64,000 nt of DNA from a virus (lineage: Duplodnaviria > Caudoviricetes), in the IMG/VR virus record IMGVR_UViG_3300045596_000061, positions 1 to 64,000 of that record, one strand, 5' to 3'. The notes under the pieces were generated by a model. It made no database searches. It was not told the DNA's origin and was given only the letters and a program-made list of their open reading frames with translations. The position numbers and the translations under genes are program-made. Positions 30,401 to 40,143 of this stretch are shown here, piece after piece (position 1 is the stretch's first letter; each line of letters begins with the position of its first letter).

Positions 30401-30680
30401 CAGAAGTAGTATTACTGGTATTATTAGTATTAATATTGCTACTACTACTTCCACTACTACTACTACTACTATTCCCTGCTGTACTTCCTGATGATACATG
30501 AGGTACATGTGCTGCTGCTCCACCTAATTTAGTACTTAGATTAGGTGACTTTAAGAGAGTATCAGCAAGACTTTGCTTTGAAGAACCTGTTAAGCTACTG
30601 GAACCATGATTAAGGGTTCCTGCATCATCATATCTATTAATAAGTCTATTAGACTTCCTTGAGTATTTTCTTTTAGCCAT
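27489..30680 (-). CDS. cargo protein 1 (crAss001 gp45-like), membrane-spanning ejection protein
   Basis: Gly-rich hydrophobic helices, GGTHEQNP..GV...VEQDEV motif, Q-rich linker, RYAPV..S; follows muzzle gene. Confidence 0.75.
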   Translation of the reverse strand: MAKRKYSRKSNRLINRYDDAGTLNHGSSSLTGSSKQSLADTLLKSPNLSTKLGGAAAHVPHVSSGSTAGNSSSSSSGSSSSNINTNNTSNTTSDGSSIFGLSSDNLGALSGAVGTAGYSILSDGLDSKAGSTINSIGSTAGNIVSMIPGGQVIGAAIKAGSGVVGGLTNKLFGANLNTEKIDSIKSNNNSLNTLNIGEGDTNYLANSWNSINFGSDFSKKNIGRDGIFSNKASNTYKRLRNQQNVARSNASLLFNNAVNNSDYNNDLNMMANYSAYGGPLGGYGYNNSAVGYDLSMQQLANQRLNTLNQSKLTSMPNSFGATNTSNTLSNGGSIYINPANRGKFNATKKATGKSTEELTHSKNALTRRRAIFAQNAAKWNHKKAFGGDLSVNGGDFPTGLLNIGTGGTHEQNPNEGVQMGVDNQGVPNLVEQDEVVYNDYVYSNRLKATKDSLKAGQLPDKYIGKSFSDIAELLGRESEERPNDPISQAGLKDNMDRLQTSQEDLKQTKQLNQFRRLPKEQQLAIMQQGQQMQQAQQAQQGNPQEQQGLQVPQEYMQSDNREPQFGFGGNLFLGGGNKKKLHFTSSDFMRNTDRNMFMTPEEKAAYYNGNNYNVVDWNNVNPAFDNSINVGYVPYYSNKSVNDVQNMENSSNYQAFTNYILNNDNDYTRAYINNLNNKLGNNMLLDSKGNRVSNFNTLYNNLRNDHKQGYAHLTPSFSEKSAFPKINVFKDDAGNIYWDKNSAAQAGYDISKDIANTTDKANETKLIMGNITNLSNPEGRAGIIEDNIKYNNNNSKEEDEPYTQDLEPTWMRYAPVVGSALGVFSDAMGWTNKPDYTNADIIANSVNHLSNVSATPVGNYLQYNPFDRDYYINKLNAQAGATRRGVVNASNGNRATATAGILAADYNAQNQLGDLARQAEEYNLKQREDVGTFNRGTNEFNSESSLKAQMANKQNDELRVNAALQSAKLRDDIFNRASAGRSANLTNLFNNMGNIGRENYARNMITANRALMYAPTANGGQTYKAKAEALKKQANAYLKAKNKSKKSNGGYLTINNKRGRKQA

Positions 30681-30696
30681 AAACTAATATTTTATT

Positions 30697-30706
30697 TGCA
30701 AAGATA
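30697..30706 (-). promoter_or_regulatory. TAnnTTTG promoter box upstream of cargo protein 1
   Basis: minus strand TATCTTTGCA ending about 17 nt before the ATG. Confidence 0.7.
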
Positions 30707-30738
30707 AGTAAATGTATTGATTAAATAAAGTATCTATT

Positions 30739-30781
30739 AAAAAAACTAATAGCAGATAAATGATTTATTTATCTGCTATTA
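30739..30781 (-). terminator. intrinsic terminator after muzzle gene
   Basis: 15-bp stem TAATAGCAGATAAAT / ATTTATCTGCTATTA plus T tract on the minus strand. Confidence 0.85.
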
Positions 30782-30787
30782 ACTAAG

Positions 30788-33700
30788 TTATTCAAAATAA
30801 TGTACCATCATATCATACAAAATAGTTTTATCTCTATTTTCTCTATCCATGATAAGAGAAAGATATATCCAAGGATTTCTTATTCTATCTTGTATTCTTC
30901 CTGTCTCTGTAGTAGAGCTTCTTGGAATCTTAGCTCTCCACACTCTGAATTTTCTCTTAAGTGATGAAGGTATATATATTGAGGAAAAAGCCCCTCTTAC
31001 ACCTATAGTAGTAAGGTCAGAGACACCATCCTGATATTCATTTTTAACATGTAATTTATTAAAAGTAGTATCTAATAATTTATTATTACTATCCCAACTG
31101 TCTGCTCTAAAATCAACAGTGTCAAATATTTTATCATATTGCATATCAGGGTTAACGACTACTGTAGTATAGAAAGAATTAAACTTATTAAAGAATATAT
31201 TATAATCTCCTTCATTATGTAACCAAGCATGATATGCACTATCAGAAGATGTATCCTTATAAGTATTAAAAGAAACACCCCTATCATGAATATTAGCAAA
31301 GTATGGAGTATGTTCATAGCTGTAAAATGAAGTAAACTGCCCAAAAGTTTCTGAAAAGGCAAGGCATTCATCAGCAGAAACAAAGAATACATCACCATTA
31401 ACTTTATCATAATAAGTTATGATGTTTGTAAAATCTATAGGATTCCATATATCTACATTATCAGACCTTGAATTAATCCATGAGTGGAAACCATATTTAT
31501 CTGAAATACTTTCAAGTTTACCATTAAACAGACAAATATCCTTTGTTATATCATCTATAAAGAATATTCCTGTAGGAGTTTCACATATTGACCACTTATT
31601 ATGGCATCCTGCTTTCTCCTCTAGGTATCTCTTACCTTGCACTTTACCACTGTTAGCAATCTCTATAGGAACACCATTATTAGAACTTACCTGTATATTT
31701 TCATTATATAGAATCTGACTTATACCAGTATCTTGAAAAGAAATAATTTCATTACCAAATCTTCTTAAGGCATTAACACTTCCTTTATCACCATCTAAAT
31801 CAAGTGTTGAAGCTAAAGTTAGATTTGTCCAAGTATCTATTAAATCTCCTGATATTTTTGTTTTAGTCCATGTTATAGAGTTATGAAAGTTATTAAGATT
31901 AAGCTTATTTGCATCTAAAGCTCTATATACAAAGAAGTCATCTTTTTGTGAATAAACATCATTAACTTGATTAAAGTTTTCAGGAGTAACTACTAAATTA
32001 CTTGTCTGACCTCTATTTCTATCATATCTACCATCTATATTAACTCTTGTTTCACACATAAAGGAACCTATATCAACTATACTATTTTGATCTTCAAGAG
32101 TAAATGGATAAGTTTTTATATTATCATATCTCTGATAATAAGTATCTCCTTCAGTATATAGTAAATGATATTCACCATTATTAACTATACTATTTATACA
32201 GTCAGTTAACAATACTGGTTTACCACATGGGAGCCATTTATTATTTGCTATAGCTTCTTCAGTAGTTCCACCAAATATAGTGTCAGTATTAACATCCCTA
32301 TATAATTCACCTAACCACAGCCATCCACTATTAAGTCCCTTGTAAGATGAATTACTAGTACTTGTATTTCCTTGATAATATGGATATTTAGTAAGGTCTG
32401 AGATATTAATAATATCTTGCTTAGTACCATACCATATATTATTTTTATCCCAAAATGGATGTAAGGAAGCTCTGCTTACTCCTGTAAAAGGATCCACACT
32501 TAATCTGCTATAATTATTACTGTTTATTACAGCTATCTGAGAAGCTCCTGTATTATCAACAAATGATTCTGTAAGACCAGGAAGAACTTTTTGCTTGTAA
32601 TTAACTTCTTTATCAGTATCCTGTGATACACTATAGTTAAGAGCCATTACTGCATGTATATTGGATTTATATTTTATTGATACTGGGTCTACTCCAACAT
32701 ATGTTTTATTATCAACTCTCTTATCTGTTAGTCTTGAGAAGTTTGCAGTAAAAATATCATGAGAATTATTATATTCAGAATCAGTTCCTGCTACTACTAT
32801 AGGATAGCCATCAGCTTTCTCTCCTACTCTTGTAACATTAAGAATCTTATCTATATTACCATAATAATTAATATCAGGTAATCCTGAGTTTTTTGGTGAA
32901 GGAATCCTAACTAATGAAACTTCATCAGAATTAAATATAGATACCCCTGAGATACCAGGAAAATTATCTTCATCATCTGTTTTCTCTGCTGTCCATATCT
33001 TATCAGAATCAAGAAATATAGTCTTATAGGAGTATCTTAATGTAGACTCTTTTTTCTTAGATAGTTTAGCTGTCTTATAACTATTATCTATGTCAGCATC
33101 CTTGTTAGTTTTAAAGCTGCCATATTTAGTATTATTAAGAGAACCATCTCTATGCCAAGGATACACTGCAAAACCTGTAGATAAATGGTCTGTATTTGAA
33201 TTTTTATTATCTGTTAATTCATCAAACCAGAAAGCCTCTGTAAGTAAACTCTTATATCCAAATAGAGAATCAGGTGCAGTTACTGAAAAATTATTATTTG
33301 CCCCTATACTTTCTTTATAAAATCCTAGTGGATGTTCAGTACTACTATTACTATCATCATTAAATTTATTAGTAATAGAAGAAGTCTGAATATCCACATC
33401 TGAAATAAAGGAAGTAAGAGGTATAATTCCTGTGATTCTTAATTTTAACTTAGTAGTATTGATATTCTGAATCTGACTGTCAAACTCTATATCAGGAGAA
33501 TGAAGAGTTACTATAGACTGGTCAACATAATAATTTTCTGCATTATTAGTAACGAAAGTTCTTCTGTTCTCTGTGTCTGTAGATATACTGTCATTATGGC
33601 TTATATATGGTGTAGGAGGTGGATTGAATATACATTGTATTTCTGCATTCCTATATACATTACTAGGTATAGGACTATTGTGTCTAAACTCTGCAACAGA

Positions 33701-36124
33701 CCCCATATCTATAGTATCTAAGTCTATTTCTGTTCCATCATTTAATATTATATGTCTATCATTAGTAAGTACTTCACCTGCTGAATATTCAGAATATAAA
33801 CCAGCAGCATTATTACTGTTTGTTATTGGCTGATAATCACTGTTTACTGACTGTGGCTCAAATTCTTCTATAGGAGCTACAGCAGTAACAGTTATATCAC
33901 TTGTGTTAGCACCAACACCCTTTATTACAGTTCCTGTACTTGAGCCATTAGGTGCATAGGGAGGAGGAGGATATAAACTATTATCTAGATTATTCTTTTC
34001 ATAAATAAACCAGTAGCTTTCACTAGAATAACATAACATAATTAATGTAACTTCCAATGAAGAGTTAACTGTTTTAGTAGTTACAGAAAGAGGACATCCA
34101 TATACTGTGTGCCCATCATCACTCCATGAATATAAAGAAGCTTTTTTAAGCACAGTATCAGAAGTACTTCCAGCAACACTTCCTGTAATCTGTAATAACC
34201 ATAAGTTACTTGAATCATTATTTAAATCTCCTGCTTTTATCTTTCTTGCATTAGTATTATAATCAAAAGGTGCATTAGGTCTTATAAACCAAGAAGATTG
34301 AGCAAATGGAGTATTACTATATCTATCTGAAACATTATATACTGTAGGACATAACATGCCTTGACATACACACTCTCTTTCACTGTAAGAAGGATAAACC
34401 ATTACTGGTCTTACTCTTCTATAACCAAGATTATAAATAGATTGAAGAATGTCCTCATTATCAAGTTTAACTATACCTACGGGAAAATATACTGGTTGTG
34501 TATTATAATAGTTACCTGTATAAATATGTGCAGTATTTTCTTTATCTCCTATATATATAGCTTCTGACCATTTTCCTGTTTTATATTGAAACTGAACACC
34601 AAATCTATACCACTCAAGATATTTAAAAGTAGTAATTTCTTGTGAATTACCACTAAGTTGATTCTTATAGGGATAATATCCTGTAGCATCCGGTAAATCA
34701 ACAGATTTATAAAAAGAGCCTTCTACACCATTAAGATTAGCGGTTGTAAATAATATTCTACGTCCTCTAAAAGAAGATTTATAATCATTAAGACTTCTCT
34801 CATTTATAGTATAATCTCCTAAAAATAAGGTATTATCTTTTTGTGTAAGAGTTCCTGCTGTTATATCTTCTCCTCCTACATACAATAACTCTGTAGGATC
34901 TATAGTATCACCTGAAGTTCCTGTATCAGTATAATTTATTATATTATATGTAGCACTTTTAAGTTTCATTTGACCACTGTTAACAGATACATTATAACCA
35001 GAGTAAATTCCTGAATGCCCTGGTGAAGGAAGTGTTACTCTAAAGGTAATTCCCTGCTTATCAAATAAAATAATTCTTCCATCATCAAGTTTTACTCCCT
35101 TATAGTCAGTGGTGCTTCCCTCAAAGTACTTCTCATAAGTTTCTGTAGAAGTTGATGTATTATACCACTGTACAAGTTCTTCTGCACTGTTTCTTTTAAT
35201 AAGATATACATTACTCATATAGGCAGGAACAACATTATATGTAACATCCTTAAAAATATATAAAGGAGAAGAAATACTCTTGGGTACTTCTATCTCTAAA
35301 TCAACAACTCTTTTAGTTGTAGCAGCAGCATCAATACTTGTTCTTACTATTGAATAAACCCTTACATAGTCAAAGCTATGGTCAGGATTATTTATTGTAA
35401 TATCAAAACTGTTACTTATTTTTTCCTCAGGGGAACCTCCTCTTGCATTATAAGATATATAATATAGAGGAGAAGTGTAGAATATGTTAGTTTCCTGAGC
35501 ATACTTATTGAAATAAGTAAAGCAGTACTGTATTACACCAGAAGGAAAAGTACCTCCTGTAATAGTATTCTTAGTAATAGCTATATCATCTGTAAAATCT
35601 ATTGTTCTTACAAAGTCAAAGGCAGTGCTGTTCCACTTACTTTTATAGCTGTCAGATGCTTCTATATTTATTACTCTTGGCTGATTTATACCATCAACCC
35701 AATAGATTTTCTGAAGTTCCTTATTCTCAAAAAAGGAAATAGTTTCTATAGGATTCCTTGCATTAAAGTTGAGATTTCCTGAAAAAAGTTCAGTACCTGT
35801 TAAATTATCAGGATTAGTTGATGGATTGTCAAACCATAATTTATAAATATGGTCACTACCATTAGAGTCTGATGTAAATAAGCAAATCTTATTATTTAAA
35901 GTTCCTAATCCTATAGGAGTACCTTTAATATTTATAATATTTCCTGCATCATTCTTAATTGCAGCAATCTTATTTCCCTTCTCATTTATAATACTAAGAG
36001 AGGTGTTTTCATTAGTAGCCATCACTCTTATATTCTTATTTTCATAAGAATATTCACTATTGAATACAGAAGCACTTAAATCTCTCTGCATTCCCTTTGT
36101 TATAAACTGTACTTGTTTCTGCAT
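30788..36124 (-). CDS. tail muzzle / stabilization protein (crAss001 gp44-like, P22 gp10-like)
   Basis: KGMQRDLS...YEN.NIR start, YWVDG.NQPR.IN, EGDTY.QRY, F.SFYSY, KRKFR.WR...RIRNPW end. Confidence 0.85.
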   Translation of the reverse strand: MQKQVQFITKGMQRDLSASVFNSEYSYENKNIRVMATNENTSLSIINEKGNKIAAIKNDAGNIINIKGTPIGLGTLNNKICLFTSDSNGSDHIYKLWFDNPSTNPDNLTGTELFSGNLNFNARNPIETISFFENKELQKIYWVDGINQPRVINIEASDSYKSKWNSTAFDFVRTIDFTDDIAITKNTITGGTFPSGVIQYCFTYFNKYAQETNIFYTSPLYYISYNARGGSPEEKISNSFDITINNPDHSFDYVRVYSIVRTSIDAAATTKRVVDLEIEVPKSISSPLYIFKDVTYNVVPAYMSNVYLIKRNSAEELVQWYNTSTSTETYEKYFEGSTTDYKGVKLDDGRIILFDKQGITFRVTLPSPGHSGIYSGYNVSVNSGQMKLKSATYNIINYTDTGTSGDTIDPTELLYVGGEDITAGTLTQKDNTLFLGDYTINERSLNDYKSSFRGRRILFTTANLNGVEGSFYKSVDLPDATGYYPYKNQLSGNSQEITTFKYLEWYRFGVQFQYKTGKWSEAIYIGDKENTAHIYTGNYYNTQPVYFPVGIVKLDNEDILQSIYNLGYRRVRPVMVYPSYSERECVCQGMLCPTVYNVSDRYSNTPFAQSSWFIRPNAPFDYNTNARKIKAGDLNNDSSNLWLLQITGSVAGSTSDTVLKKASLYSWSDDGHTVYGCPLSVTTKTVNSSLEVTLIMLCYSSESYWFIYEKNNLDNSLYPPPPYAPNGSSTGTVIKGVGANTSDITVTAVAPIEEFEPQSVNSDYQPITNSNNAAGLYSEYSAGEVLTNDRHIILNDGTEIDLDTIDMGSVAEFRHNSPIPSNVYRNAEIQCIFNPPPTPYISHNDSISTDTENRRTFVTNNAENYYVDQSIVTLHSPDIEFDSQIQNINTTKLKLRITGIIPLTSFISDVDIQTSSITNKFNDDSNSSTEHPLGFYKESIGANNNFSVTAPDSLFGYKSLLTEAFWFDELTDNKNSNTDHLSTGFAVYPWHRDGSLNNTKYGSFKTNKDADIDNSYKTAKLSKKKESTLRYSYKTIFLDSDKIWTAEKTDDEDNFPGISGVSIFNSDEVSLVRIPSPKNSGLPDINYYGNIDKILNVTRVGEKADGYPIVVAGTDSEYNNSHDIFTANFSRLTDKRVDNKTYVGVDPVSIKYKSNIHAVMALNYSVSQDTDKEVNYKQKVLPGLTESFVDNTGASQIAVINSNNYSRLSVDPFTGVSRASLHPFWDKNNIWYGTKQDIINISDLTKYPYYQGNTSTSNSSYKGLNSGWLWLGELYRDVNTDTIFGGTTEEAIANNKWLPCGKPVLLTDCINSIVNNGEYHLLYTEGDTYYQRYDNIKTYPFTLEDQNSIVDIGSFMCETRVNIDGRYDRNRGQTSNLVVTPENFNQVNDVYSQKDDFFVYRALDANKLNLNNFHNSITWTKTKISGDLIDTWTNLTLASTLDLDGDKGSVNALRRFGNEIISFQDTGISQILYNENIQVSSNNGVPIEIANSGKVQGKRYLEEKAGCHNKWSICETPTGIFFIDDITKDICLFNGKLESISDKYGFHSWINSRSDNVDIWNPIDFTNIITYYDKVNGDVFFVSADECLAFSETFGQFTSFYSYEHTPYFANIHDRGVSFNTYKDTSSDSAYHAWLHNEGDYNIFFNKFNSFYTTVVVNPDMQYDKIFDTVDFRADSWDSNNKLLDTTFNKLHVKNEYQDGVSDLTTIGVRGAFSSIYIPSSLKRKFRVWRAKIPRSSTTETGRIQDRIRNPWIYLSLIMDRENRDKTILYDMMVHYFE

Positions 36125-36125
36125 A

Positions 36126-36827
36126 CTATTGAACCCTTATATATTCTCTGTCTCCTAGTCTTTTAAATCCCTTATCAAAGTCAGTATTTCTCTGAATAAG
36201 AGTAGTCCACATCCTTGAAATGCTCTCCATTTCTGAAGTACTTGGTATAGAAAATTCTTCCTGACATTGACCTGCTGCCCATGAATATTGCTGTAATGTA
36301 TTCTGTAATACATTAGCACTTATTTTACCCATATCAAATAATATAGTAAATACCTCTTTCTTTATATAAAGCTCAAGAGCTTTAAGAAACACAGGATTAT
36401 CTATCAGCATAGGAAAACCATCATTATCAACAGGAGTAGCTTTATAGGCAACATTTACTTTTCCTTCTTTAAAGGAAGTAAATATAATTCTATTCTGAGT
36501 TTTAAAAGTTAATTCATCAGGAACTCTGCCTCTATGATTTTTTACTTCTTCAGGATTAAATGAATCTGTCATAGACCTAAGGCATATTCCTGTCTTACAG
36601 TCTTTAACTTGAATTATAGATACTATATCACATGGAAGTATCCCTCTGAAGTCATAAATATCTACCATTTCCTGTTTATCAGTAAACATTTTAGGCATAC
36701 CGAATATATGAATAAAGTCTATAATATATTGTACTGCCTGTTCTATGTTTACATCCTGTAAAAGAGGATGCCTTAATACCCTACTAAGTATCTCCTTTAT
36801 ATTTATATAATTATATTCTTCTACCAT
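36126..36827 (-). CDS. tail ring protein 1 (P22 gp4-like)
   Basis: immediately upstream of muzzle; LP.D...I.QV...I.TSF..G.V...Y...P.D..G.P pattern. Confidence 0.75.
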   Translation of the reverse strand: MVEEYNYINIKEILSRVLRHPLLQDVNIEQAVQYIIDFIHIFGMPKMFTDKQEMVDIYDFRGILPCDIVSIIQVKDCKTGICLRSMTDSFNPEEVKNHRGRVPDELTFKTQNRIIFTSFKEGKVNVAYKATPVDNDGFPMLIDNPVFLKALELYIKKEVFTILFDMGKISANVLQNTLQQYSWAAGQCQEEFSIPSTSEMESISRMWTTLIQRNTDFDKGFKRLGDREYIRVQ

Positions 36828-36833
36828 ATTAAT

Positions 36834-37724
36834 TTAAGTTTTAGATTTTATTCTTTTGTTATATGCTCTTCTTACAGAACTCATGTTATTAAGACTATTA
36901 CCATAGAATCCTGCATTTGCTTCCATATATCCATGTCTTTTAAGTGCATTAGCAAATGAAAGACTGTCTTTAGCACTCAAAGCCCCTGGATATCTTCTAC
37001 TTAAAAGGCTAAGTTGATTAGAGGCATATTCTTCAGGAGAGTTAAATCTTCTATAACCACTATAGCCTTTTCCTTTAACTCCACCAAAGTTATTGTTCAT
37101 AAGAGCCACTTTAGAATTACCATAATTACCCTCAAATGCTGCCTGAGCTACTAAATTATACAGGGTGGCATTACTTAATGTGATACCCTTTGCTTTAGCT
37201 GCATTATCAAAGACATTCATCATATATGAACTCCATGTATCATTGTTATAATTTCTTCTATTGTACTTTCCTGTAGTAGTATGTTCAGGCTTTACTTGTA
37301 CACTTTTATTAACATATGGTATTTGCTCATATTGCTGATTATAATTATACTGTGGAGCATTAGCTTCATATATAGGTTGGTGTACTTCAGAAGCAGCCTT
37401 CATGGATTCTATGAATGCATCTTCAATACTGTCAGAGCTTAATGGTGAAGAAGAAAAATCATCATTAGGTGCAACAATATAGTTATCAGGATTTAAAAGA
37501 TTCTCTGCACTAAGATAGCTATTATCAGATATATATGAGGGTAATTCTGTATTAGGGTTTACAGAGGTAGGTTCAATAGGATTTTCTCCTATAACAATAT
37601 TACCTCCGAAAGAATGCTTATTATAAGCATCCCTTACATCCTTAAGAGAGTTAATATTATTCCTTACACTCTTTTTGATGAAGTCATATTTTTCTTTAAT
37701 TGATAAACTATTCCACATACCCAT
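36834..37724 (-). CDS. GH73/FlgJ-like glucosaminidase (peptidoglycan hydrolase) with N-terminal leader
   Basis: LVAQAAFEGNYG...NNNFGGVK...YRRFNSPEE...GY; start probably ATG 37724 or 37718. Confidence 0.75.
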   Translation of the reverse strand: MGMWNSLSIKEKYDFIKKSVRNNINSLKDVRDAYNKHSFGGNIVIGENPIEPTSVNPNTELPSYISDNSYLSAENLLNPDNYIVAPNDDFSSSPLSSDSIEDAFIESMKAASEVHQPIYEANAPQYNYNQQYEQIPYVNKSVQVKPEHTTTGKYNRRNYNNDTWSSYMMNVFDNAAKAKGITLSNATLYNLVAQAAFEGNYGNSKVALMNNNFGGVKGKGYSGYRRFNSPEEYASNQLSLLSRRYPGALSAKDSLSFANALKRHGYMEANAGFYGNSLNNMSSVRRAYNKRIKSKT

Positions 37725-38262
37725 ATCTATTAAAAGCATCTACTATAACACCACCTCTAATATTCTTCTTTAACTCATTCTTTAATTCTCTATTGAATAA
37801 CAAAATAAAGAAAGATTTATTAGTATAATCAGCTCTATTCTTATTATAGTATAATTTATATATATTTTTATCTTCAACTCTTATAAGAGTTTTCTTATTT
37901 TTTGCCTCTTTATCCTCATACCATAGCTTAAGAGTTCTATCCCAATCTATAGGAATTGGATAGACAATTTTATTATCTACTATAGAAATTCGTGGATTAT
38001 ATTTCCTAAGTTCTATTCTTCCTAATCTACATGGTAATGTAAAATCCTCTCCTTTAGCTATATTAGAAGCTATAATTGTATTAACTGCTCTTATAATTGA
38101 ATAAAATTCATGTTCTTTTAAAGGTCTCCCTATATCAAACCATTTATTCTTTCTTATCCACTTATAGGAATCATACACACCAAAACTTCTACTACTGGAA
38201 GTTTCCCTAGTACTGCTAACTCTTTTTACATCCTTTATAAATTTTTTAAAAGACTCTTCCAT
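37708..38262 (-). CDS. IHF/HU-like DNA-binding protein of crAss-like phages
   Basis: I..G..F.LP.RLG.IE.RK...IDW..T..LW pattern, at the conserved ring-gene position. Confidence 0.7.
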   Translation of the reverse strand: MEESFKKFIKDVKRVSSTRETSSSRSFGVYDSYKWIRKNKWFDIGRPLKEHEFYSIIRAVNTIIASNIAKGEDFTLPCRLGRIELRKYNPRISIVDNKIVYPIPIDWDRTLKLWYEDKEAKNKKTLIRVEDKNIYKLYYNKNRADYTNKSFFILLFNRELKNELKKNIRGGVIVDAFNRYGYVE

Positions 38263-38272
38263 AATAATTATA

Positions 38273-38998
38273 TTAACTCCCTATCTGTTTCTGAAATTCA
38301 CTCTTTGTATTTCTTGCTATAAAAGAAGAAAGATTTGATAAATCATCAGAGGCATTATTATCTTCATCTTTAGGTCTCCATGCAGGTCCTAGTAACTCTT
38401 TGACAATCAGCTCTATTACTATAGGAACAAGAGCATTCTCAAGAGGGAACTCTTTATCTAATATATTACATATAGAATCATCAGAGCAGCACAGGTTTAA
38501 TGCTTCTTCAGCATCTTCAAATATTCCTGTGACTTTTACATTTTCAAGACATAAAAATTGTGGATTTGCTGAATTAAAATATAAGTGATTATCTACACCT
38601 AAAGATGAATATATTATATTCTGTAAATACTTATTATATCCTACATATCTCATTCTATCTTTTGTAATATATGCTATATTTCCCTGATAATAATCAATAG
38701 GGTATATCATTATATTACCTATATTAATAAGTGAGGGTATCTTTTTTGTGGTTCTTAAATAAGGTCCTCCCTCACAAGGTTCCCCTGATATAGCATCAAC
38801 CTTTTCAAGACTAAGACATATAGTCTGATAATTACTTGTAGGTATTTCCTTTTTAATATCACTGTATTTCTGCTTAAGTAAGAAAGCTCTATACTTATTT
38901 AAGAGAAATATTATATGTTCTTCTGTAAAATCAGCATCATCAGAGTACTCTTTTAACTCATCCAATACCATATATACAAGTTCTCTATACTTACTCAT
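38273..38998 (-). CDS. tail ring protein 2
   Basis: SDD..F...HI...L..YRA.L.KQ; gene order. Confidence 0.7.
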   Translation of the reverse strand: MSKYRELVYMVLDELKEYSDDADFTEEHIIFLLNKYRAFLLKQKYSDIKKEIPTSNYQTICLSLEKVDAISGEPCEGGPYLRTTKKIPSLINIGNIMIYPIDYYQGNIAYITKDRMRYVGYNKYLQNIIYSSLGVDNHLYFNSANPQFLCLENVKVTGIFEDAEEALNLCCSDDSICNILDKEFPLENALVPIVIELIVKELLGPAWRPKDEDNNASDDLSNLSSFIARNTKSEFQKQIGS

Positions 38999-39021
38999 AC
39001 TTTTCTATTTATATTGTATAT

Positions 39022-39071
39022 AAAAAATCCTTTGTGCAAAAATAGAAAAAAAATTCTAATGCACAAAGGAT
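39022..39071 (-). terminator. terminator-like hairpin that encloses a TAnnTTTG promoter box
   Basis: 12-bp inverted repeat ATCCTTTGTGCA (39027-38) / TGCACAAAGGAT (39060-71), T tract on minus strand; TATTTTTG at 39044-39037. Confidence 0.7.
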
Positions 39072-39107
39072 ATTAGTAACTTTATATAAAATAGCTAAAG
39101 CTATTAT

Positions 39108-39515
39108 TTATAAATTTGGTATATTATCAACTGTTATAGTAGAAGCAACCCCTGGTTTAACCACTACAGTATTCTGTATCTCTGTTATTTCTTTATTAAC
39201 AGATTCTTCTTCAAGATTACAAATCTGATATGCTAAATCAGTAATATCTCCCAAATGTAAATTATTCATATCATCTTGTTTTTTATTACAATACTCAGGG
39301 TATGGTAGTAGACATGTAGTACCAAAGATACAGTATAATGCTTTCTCTATATCTCTGTAATCATCTTCAGTTATTGCTGCATCTACATCTGAATATACAA
39401 AGTCAGTAACTGCTATAAAGAAAAGTAGTTTATATACATCATCATAACTTTTATATCCAAATTGTGATAGTGTAGTAAAGTATCTCTCTATTGCTTTGTA
39501 TAGAATATTAATCAT
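39108..39515 (-). CDS. tail hub protein B-like
   Basis: YF..LS.FGY.SY.DV.KLL...; gene order after hub A. Confidence 0.6.
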   Translation of the reverse strand: MINILYKAIERYFTTLSQFGYKSYDDVYKLLFFIAVTDFVYSDVDAAITEDDYRDIEKALYCIFGTTCLLPYPEYCNKKQDDMNNLHLGDITDLAYQICNLEEESVNKEITEIQNTVVVKPGVASTITVDNIPNL

Positions 39516-40083
39516 AGCATTTGCAACTATTAGAAGATAAACTATTTCCTATATCCTTAAAAAACTTATTGTAATACTTAATACCTTGAGCATAATGTTC
39601 TGTATTTATACTAAGCTGCATTGCCTTAAACTTAAGAAACATATCTATAAATTCTTTAGGAATCTGGCAATTATTTTCAACTTCCCTTATATACTGCATC
39701 ATAATATTACTAACATTACATGTGCAGAAAGTAACTCCTAAAGTATATATATTATCCATACCACAAGGTGTACAGGCAGTAGTATTTCCCTTAACTTTAA
39801 TATAGACCATAAACATAGTATTACTTATATCTATATTACTGAAATCTGCTTTAGTAAGCTCTACTCTGAAATCTTTAAGTAATTTAGTAGAATCTTCAGA
39901 ATCAGTAATGGTCTGTGTATATATAGGAGTACTGCTTGGACCATTATCCTTATAAGTATCCTGTGTATCTATAGTAATAGAATCAAGATATATATCTTTA
40001 TAGAATGTAAGATTCTTTACAGAAATATCAATTATAAGCTTTTTACCATCAGAAGTGACTCTAAGTTCATTAAAGTGTACCAT
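39508..40083 (-). CDS. tail hub protein A-like
   Basis: MVHFNELRVT.DGK.LIID...TPCGMD...C.C end; ATG 40083 preferred over 40119, which lies in a terminator loop. Confidence 0.65.
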   Translation of the reverse strand: MVHFNELRVTSDGKKLIIDISVKNLTFYKDIYLDSITIDTQDTYKDNGPSSTPIYTQTITDSEDSTKLLKDFRVELTKADFSNIDISNTMFMVYIKVKGNTTACTPCGMDNIYTLGVTFCTCNVSNIMMQYIREVENNCQIPKEFIDMFLKFKAMQLSINTEHYAQGIKYYNKFFKDIGNSLSSNSCKCYD

Positions 40084-40096
40084 ATTTACTGCATTT

Positions 40097-40136
40097 ATAA
40101 AATATAATATGAGGAACATCAGTCCCTCATATTATA
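40097..40136 (-). terminator. intrinsic terminator after auxiliary capsid gene
   Basis: TATAATATGAGG / CCTCATATTATA stem plus T-rich tail. Confidence 0.75.
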
Positions 40137-40143
40137 AAATTAT

